NCBI GenBank assembly: GCA_018241205.1
Contig: JAFEEI010000008.1
Coordinates: forward strand, 2,924-66,923
Length of the DNA stretch: 64,000 bases
Direction: 5' to 3'
Source: Pseudomonadota bacterium
GTDB lineage: Bacteria > Pseudomonadota > Gammaproteobacteria > Burkholderiales > Nitrosomonadaceae
The position numbers and the translations under genes were made by a program. Each line of letters opens with the position of its first letter. Position 1 is the stretch's first letter. Of this stretch, positions 58,891 to 64,000 are shown in pieces. Under the pieces are notes generated by a model. The model worked only from the letters and a program-made list of their open reading frames with translations, was not told where the DNA came from and searched no databases.

Positions 58891-59220
58891 ATGGAAATGA
58901 ATATTGCAATTAAAGCGCTTGCCGCCCTGGCCCATGAAACCCGCCTCACGATATTCCGAATGCTAGTTCAAGCCGGTGAATCCGGGCTTCAGGCGGGTCA
59001 GCTTGCCAGGGAATTGGGCATTCCCAATGCAACGCTGTCTTTTCATCTGAAAGAATTGACTCACGCAGAACTGGTCATTGCCCGGCAGGAAAGCCGCTTC
59101 ATTTATTATTCGGCAAATTTTGCAACCATGAATGCGCTAATAGGTTATCTCACCGAGAATTGTTGCGCCGGTACACCCTGCGGCATTGTTGAAGTTTGTT
59201 GCGATGAAAAAAACAGCTAA
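58891..59220 (+). CDS. arsR: ArsR family repressor
   Basis: ALAHETRLTIFRML, TLSFHLKEL and YLTENCC motifs. Confidence 0.93.
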   Translation: MEMNIAIKALAALAHETRLTIFRMLVQAGESGLQAGQLARELGIPNATLSFHLKELTHAELVIARQESRFIYYSANFATMNALIGYLTENCCAGTPCGIVEVCCDEKNS

Positions 59221-59242
59221 AAATAACTTAACGAAGGAGACA

Positions 59243-59665
59243 ATGATGAAACGCTTTCATGTCCATATTGCCGTCGATAACTTACAGGATAATATCCGCT
59301 TTTACTCGGCACTATTCGGTGTCGAACCATCCGTCAGCAAACTGGATTACGTAAAATGGATGCTGGACGATCCGTATATCAATTTCGCCATATCGGCGCG
59401 AGGTGCAAAGCCGGGTTTGGATCATGTGGGAATCCAGGTTGATTCTGACGATGCCTTAACCAAAGTAAACCAGCGTTTGATGCAAGCCAGTTTGCCTGCT
59501 GTGGAACAACAGAATGCACAATGTTGTTACGCATCGTCAAATAAATATTGGACGGTTGATCCGCAAGGCATCGCCTGGGAAGCGTTTCAATCACTGACCA
59601 CAATCCCGGTATTTGGACAGGATACCGCCATCCCCACTAAAACCGAAACTTGTTGCTCGGCCTGA
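59243..59665 (+). CDS. ArsI/CadI family VOC metalloenzyme
   Basis: RFHVH, DHVGIQV, CCYA and DPQGIAWEAF motifs. Confidence 0.88.
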   Translation: MMKRFHVHIAVDNLQDNIRFYSALFGVEPSVSKLDYVKWMLDDPYINFAISARGAKPGLDHVGIQVDSDDALTKVNQRLMQASLPAVEQQNAQCCYASSNKYWTVDPQGIAWEAFQSLTTIPVFGQDTAIPTKTETCCSA

Positions 59666-59667
59666 TC

Positions 59668-60165
59668 ATGAATGTACTATTCCTTTGCACCGGAAATTCC
59701 TGCCGCTCTATTCTCGCGGAAGCCACTTTCAATCATCTTGCACCCAAAGGCTGGCAAGCAATGAGCGCAGGCAGCAAACCGACCGGAAAAGTTCATCCGC
59801 GTTCGCTCGCCTTGCTTGAACGCGAAGGTATTACAACCGAAGGGCTTTGCAGTAAATCGTGGGACAACTTGCCGACCAGACCGGATATAGTAATCACTGT
59901 TTGCGGCAACGCCGCCGGTGAAACCTGCCCAGCGTATCTCGGGCCCGCGCTACGCTCGCATTGGGGTGTCGATGATCCCGCCGAAGCGACGGGAACCGAG
60001 GAAGAAATCATCGCGGCATTCGCGCAGGCTTATCGAACCTTGCGTGAGGGTATCGAGACTTTTTTATCGCTGCCGCTCGATGATTTGCAGCAAAATCCTT
60101 CCGCCTTCCGGACGAAACTGGACTATATCGGTATTTTGAAATTCAAACCGTCACAACCAAAGTGA
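59668..60165 (+). CDS. arsC: Arsenate reductase (LMW-PTP type)
   Basis: FLCTGNSCRS, ITVC..AAGETCP and HWGVDDP motifs. Confidence 0.93.
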   Translation: MNVLFLCTGNSCRSILAEATFNHLAPKGWQAMSAGSKPTGKVHPRSLALLEREGITTEGLCSKSWDNLPTRPDIVITVCGNAAGETCPAYLGPALRSHWGVDDPAEATGTEEEIIAAFAQAYRTLREGIETFLSLPLDDLQQNPSAFRTKLDYIGILKFKPSQPK

Positions 60166-60204
60166 CTGCTTCAAGCAGAAATTCAGACACCGTGAGCCAT
60201 TGAC

Positions 60205-61491
60205 ATGCTGATTGCCCTACTGATTTTCATCATAACGCTCGCGCTCGTCATCTGGCAGCCACGCGGTCTTGGTATCGGATGGAGTGCTCTGCTTGGCGCT
60301 ACTGCTGCGTTGCTGCTTGGGGTGATTCAGTTCAGTGACATTCCGGTGGTGTGGAATATTGTCTGGAATGCAACAGCGGCTTTCATTGCCATCATTATTA
60401 TCAGCCTAGTGCTCGACGAAGCGGGATTCTTTGAGTGGGCTGCGTTGCATGTGGCGCGTTGGGGTCGCGGCAACGGGTATTTATTATTTGTGTATATAGT
60501 ATTACTGGGTGCGGCGGTTGCAGCGTTGTTCGCCAACGATGGTGCAGCTTTGATTCTAACGCCGATTGTGATGGCGATGCTGCTGGCACTTGGATTCAGT
60601 CCGGCTGCTACGCTTGCTTTCGTCATGGCGGCGGGTTTTATTGCCGATACGGCCAGCTTGCCGTTAGCGGTATCTAATTTGGTGAACATCGTCTCGGTTG
60701 ATTATTTCAAGATCGGATTTACCGAGTATGCTTCAGTGATGATTCCGGTCAATATTGCTTCAATAGCGGGTAGCTTGGGAGTACTCACTTTCTATTTTCG
60801 CCGTAGTATTCCGGCTAGCTATGATGTCAGTCAACTCAAAACGCCCACTGAAGCAATACGCGATCCAGCAACGTTTCGTGCTGGCTGGGTGGTGTTGGCA
60901 TTGCTGCTTATCGGCTTTTTTGGTCTCGAATCTTTGGGTGTGCCCATCAGCCTTGTGGCTGCCACCGGCTCACTCATACTGCTAGCGGTGGCAGCGCATG
61001 GTCATGTGATTAACACGCGTAAAGTGGTGCGCGAAGCGCCGTGGCAAATCGTTATTTTTTCACTGGGAATGTATTTAGTGGTGTATGGTTTGCGTAATGA
61101 AGGCTTGACCGGGTACATTACCAGCCTGCTTGATGTCTTCGCCAGTTATGGCGTGTGGGGAGCAACGCTTGGCACCGGTTTTCTGGCTGCTTTCTTATCG
61201 TCTATCATGAACAATATGCCCACGGTACTGATCGGCGCGTTGTCGATCGACGCAACCAGTGCAACCGGCGTGGTAAAGGAAGCGATGATTTACGCCAACG
61301 TGATCGGTTGCGATCTGGGGCCGAAAATCACACCGATTGGCAGCCTGGCAACCTTGTTATGGCTGCATGTACTAGCGCGGAAAAATACGGTTATCACTTG
61401 GAGATATTATTTCCAGGTGGGGATTGTGTTGACGGTTCCGGTATTGCTCGTCACGCTGGCTGCCCTTGCAATGTGGCTTAATATTCGGTGA
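60205..61491 (+). CDS. arsB: Arsenite efflux pump ArsB
   Basis: [13 protein letters not shown] and [19 protein letters not shown] motifs. Confidence 0.95.
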   Translation: MLIALLIFIITLALVIWQPRGLGIGWSALLGATAALLLGVIQFSDIPVVWNIVWNATAAFIAIIIISLVLDEAGFFEWAALHVARWGRGNGYLLFVYIVLLGAAVAALFANDGAALILTPIVMAMLLALGFSPAATLAFVMAAGFIADTASLPLAVSNLVNIVSVDYFKIGFTEYASVMIPVNIASIAGSLGVLTFYFRRSIPASYDVSQLKTPTEAIRDPATFRAGWVVLALLLIGFFGLESLGVPISLVAATGSLILLAVAAHGHVINTRKVVREAPWQIVIFSLGMYLVVYGLRNEGLTGYITSLLDVFASYGVWGATLGTGFLAAFLSSIMNNMPTVLIGALSIDATSATGVVKEAMIYANVIGCDLGPKITPIGSLATLLWLHVLARKNTVITWRYYFQVGIVLTVPVLLVTLAALAMWLNIR

Positions 61492-61570
61492 GATTACCAC
61501 CGAAAAATCACAACAACCGTACAAAAACAAATTGCATCAACTTTATTAACTTTACTCATGGAGAACCAAA

Positions 61571-61921
61571 ATGACCACCATACAGATATTTGACCCTGCC
61601 TTATGTTGTAGCTCAGGCGTTTGCGGTGCCGATGCTGATCGTGAATTAATCAACTTTTCCGCTGATGTCGACTGGGCCAAACAACAAGGTGCTGCCATTG
61701 AGCGCTTTAATCTGGCACAACAGCCGATGGCTTTTGCGGATAATTCCACAGTGAAAGCATTCCTGGAGCGTTCCGGTGCTGAAGCGCTGCCATTGATTCT
61801 CGTAGATGGAGAAGTAGCATTGGCAGGCCGCTATCCAAATCGCGGTGAACTGGCGCGCTGGACTGGCGTTGCTGTGGAGGAAGAAACCGAAGAGTCCAGT
61901 TGCTGCGGCGGCTGTTGCTAA
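61571..61921 (+). CDS. arsD: Arsenite metallochaperone ArsD
   Basis: FDPALCCSSGVCG motif. Confidence 0.95.
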   Translation: MTTIQIFDPALCCSSGVCGADADRELINFSADVDWAKQQGAAIERFNLAQQPMAFADNSTVKAFLERSGAEALPLILVDGEVALAGRYPNRGELARWTGVAVEEETEESSCCGGCC

Positions 61922-61941
61922 CGCAAACCCGAACCAACTAC

Positions 61942-63708
61942 ATGACGCAACTCAAATTCCTCGATCAACCGCCGCGATTTCTGTTCTTTACTGGCAAGGG
62001 CGGCGTCGGCAAAACGTCGTTGGCTTGCGCAACGGCGATAACGCTGGCCGATGCCGGTCAGCGGGTATTGTTGGTCAGTACCGATCCGGCTTCCAACGTG
62101 GGTCAAGTGTTCGGCATGACGATTGGCAATAAGATTACAGCGATTACCGCAGTGCCTCGTTTAGCCGCTCTGGAAATCGACCCGCAAGCAGCAGCGCAAG
62201 TCTATCGTGATCGCATTGTCAATCCGGTGCGCGGTGTATTGCCCGACACGGTGGTCAAAGGTATCGAAGAACAATTATCCGGCGCGTGCACGACCGAAAT
62301 TGCCGCTTTCGATGAATTTACCGCTTTGCTGGTCGATTCGGCGCTGACAGCGGATTACGATCATATTATTTTCGACACTGCACCGACCGGCCACACCATA
62401 CGATTGCTGCAACTGCCTGGAGCATGGAGTGATTTTCTTGAGGAGGGCAAAGGTAATGCGTCATGTCTTGGCCCACTGGCAGGATTAGAAAAACAACGCG
62501 CACAATACAAAGCGGCAGTAGATGCACTCGCCGATTCGCAACGCACCCGGCTGGTATTGGTGGCCCGCGCGCAGCAAGCCACGTTACGCGAAGTAGCGCG
62601 GACACATGAAGAATTAGCCGCTATTGGATTGACGAAACAATTTCTGGTCATCAATGGATTGTTTCCACAAGCAGAAACAGCACAGGATCCATTGGCAACT
62701 GCAATCTTCCAGCGTGAGCAAAACGCTTTGGCAGCCATACCGGAAGTCCTTAGCCAATTGCCTTGCGATCATATTGTACTCAAACCGTTTAACCTGGTCG
62801 GGTTGACAGCCTTACGGAAACTATTGGTTGATGATCTGTCTGTCGATGGTGAAAATAAATCAAACCATCAGGCCATTCCATTTCCCAGCTTATCCCATTT
62901 AACGGATGATATTGCCAAGGATGGATGCGGCTTGATCATGCTAATGGGGAAAGGCGGTGTTGGCAAAACCACGCTGGCCGCGGCCATCGCGGTCAATCTT
63001 GCGCATCGAGGCTTACCCGTCCATTTAACCACTTCAGATCCCGCGGCGCATTTAAGCGAAACGCTCAGTGGCGTTATGGATAATCTACTGGTTGACCGGA
63101 TTGATCCGCACGTTGAAACCGAACGTTATCGTCAGCATGTCCTGGAAACCAAGGGCTCGCATCTGGATGCGCAAGGTAGAGCATTACTGGAAGAAGATTT
63201 ACGTTCGCCGTGTACCGAAGAAATTGCGGTATTTCAGGCATTCTCGCGCATTATCCGTGAAGCGGGAAAGAAATTCGTGGTGATGGATACCGCACCGACA
63301 GGACATACACTACTGTTACTGGATGCCACCGGCGCTTATCATCGCGAAGTTATCAAACAAATGGACCCTTCCATCGTGCACTACTCAACACCGATGATGC
63401 AACTGCAAAATCCTAAGCAAACCAAGATACTGCTTGTTACATTGGCGGAAACGACGCCCGTGCTGGAAGCTGCCAACCTGCAAGCCGATTTGCGCCGAGC
63501 TGGTATTGAACCGTGGGCCTGGATCATCAATAACAGCGTTGCTGCAACAACTGTCCACTCTCCCTTATTGTGTCAGCGTGCCAGTAACGAACTTGCTGAT
63601 ATAAAAACAGTATCCACCATGCATGCAAAGCGCTATGCCGTTGTGCCTTTGCTCCAAGAAGAGCCCGTGGGCATCGAGAAGTTATTGGAATTGTCTAAAA
63701 GTAATTAG
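61942..63708 (+). CDS. arsA: Arsenical pump-driving ATPase ArsA
   Basis: Two GKGGVGKT P-loops and two DTAPTGHT motifs. Confidence 0.96.
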   Translation: MTQLKFLDQPPRFLFFTGKGGVGKTSLACATAITLADAGQRVLLVSTDPASNVGQVFGMTIGNKITAITAVPRLAALEIDPQAAAQVYRDRIVNPVRGVLPDTVVKGIEEQLSGACTTEIAAFDEFTALLVDSALTADYDHIIFDTAPTGHTIRLLQLPGAWSDFLEEGKGNASCLGPLAGLEKQRAQYKAAVDALADSQRTRLVLVARAQQATLREVARTHEELAAIGLTKQFLVINGLFPQAETAQDPLATAIFQREQNALAAIPEVLSQLPCDHIVLKPFNLVGLTALRKLLVDDLSVDGENKSNHQAIPFPSLSHLTDDIAKDGCGLIMLMGKGGVGKTTLAAAIAVNLAHRGLPVHLTTSDPAAHLSETLSGVMDNLLVDRIDPHVETERYRQHVLETKGSHLDAQGRALLEEDLRSPCTEEIAVFQAFSRIIREAGKKFVVMDTAPTGHTLLLLDATGAYHREVIKQMDPSIVHYSTPMMQLQNPKQTKILLVTLAETTPVLEAANLQADLRRAGIEPWAWIINNSVAATTVHSPLLCQRASNELADIKTVSTMHAKRYAVVPLLQEEPVGIEKLLELSKSN

Positions 63709-63759
63709 TCATCGACAAGCATTGAGATGTCCAGGCAAAAGCGCTGTACAGCGTCACGC

Positions 63760-63987
63760 CTAACCGCAACAATGATCACCGTTGCTTTTATCTTGGGCCT
63801 GGATGGGCGGGCATGGAACCGTGCCATAGGAACAATAGACACAGCAGTCACCGGGTTTCGGCTTAAGCACAGTATGACACCGTTCGCATTCGTAGAACCA
63901 CTGGCACGCATCCGTGGGCATGGTTTCCGTCTTAGCGTAGCCGCAAACTGGGCAAGTTAACGTGGATTCAAGAATAACAGTGCTCAT
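63760..63987 (-). CDS. GDCCVxC domain protein
   Basis: LTCPVCG...MPTDAC...LKPKPGDCCVYCSYGTVPCPP. Confidence 0.9.
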   Translation of the reverse strand: MSTVILESTLTCPVCGYAKTETMPTDACQWFYECERCHTVLKPKPGDCCVYCSYGTVPCPPIQAQDKSNGDHCCG

Positions 63988-64000
63988 GAAGAACTCCTCT

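Larger units (their letters stand above)
34609..64000. mobile_element. Genomic island inserted at tRNA-Ser (right end probably outside the window)
   Basis: Abrupt switch to AT-richer accessory genes after the tRNA; TA, R-M, DSR1, AlpA, Rep, DUF927, recombinase and ars cargo. Confidence 0.8.

Noticed and set aside
63760-63987. Selenoprotein version of GDCCVxC
   Set aside because: No in-frame TGA; all positions are Cys.
1-64000. CRISPR array, cas genes or rRNA
   Set aside because: No regularly spaced repeat-spacer array, Cas motifs or rRNA-like sequence noticed.

Overview
Betaproteobacterial chromosome segment, probably Nitrosomonas-like (inferred from gene content and order, not verified). 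Positions 1-34.6 kb are mostly housekeeping: PHP, yciO, site-2 protease, trpS, scpAB, suhB, FKBP, DUF748, cinA, cysteine desulfurase, a lipid-type nucleotidyltransferase/HIT/desaturase/gpmA cluster, cstA, rsgA, orn, ftsYEX and rpoH with a CIRCE. This part also holds an IS481 remnant and an IS5-type MITE. A genomic island starts right after tRNA-Ser(CGA) at 34516-34608 and appears to run to the window end. It carries ParDE, a HipA-like kinase plus HIRAN pair fused to a type I R-M operon, a HEPN-motif/LOTUS protein, a membrane Mrr, an FseA-like (DUF6499-DUF2285) activator and a full-length IS1634 transposase missing catalytic residues. It continues with AlpA, an HUH Rep, a DUF927 ATPase, a frameshifted HNH lipoprotein, DSR1, a Cre-like tyrosine recombinase coupled to a papain-like protease, and an ars operon. 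The strongest unexplained signal is a family of symmetric CGATAA-N6-TTATCG sites (35546, 45390, and a half-site at 58047) that divide the island into a defence module and a replication/recombinase module. All family assignments are by motif recognition only; no searches were run.
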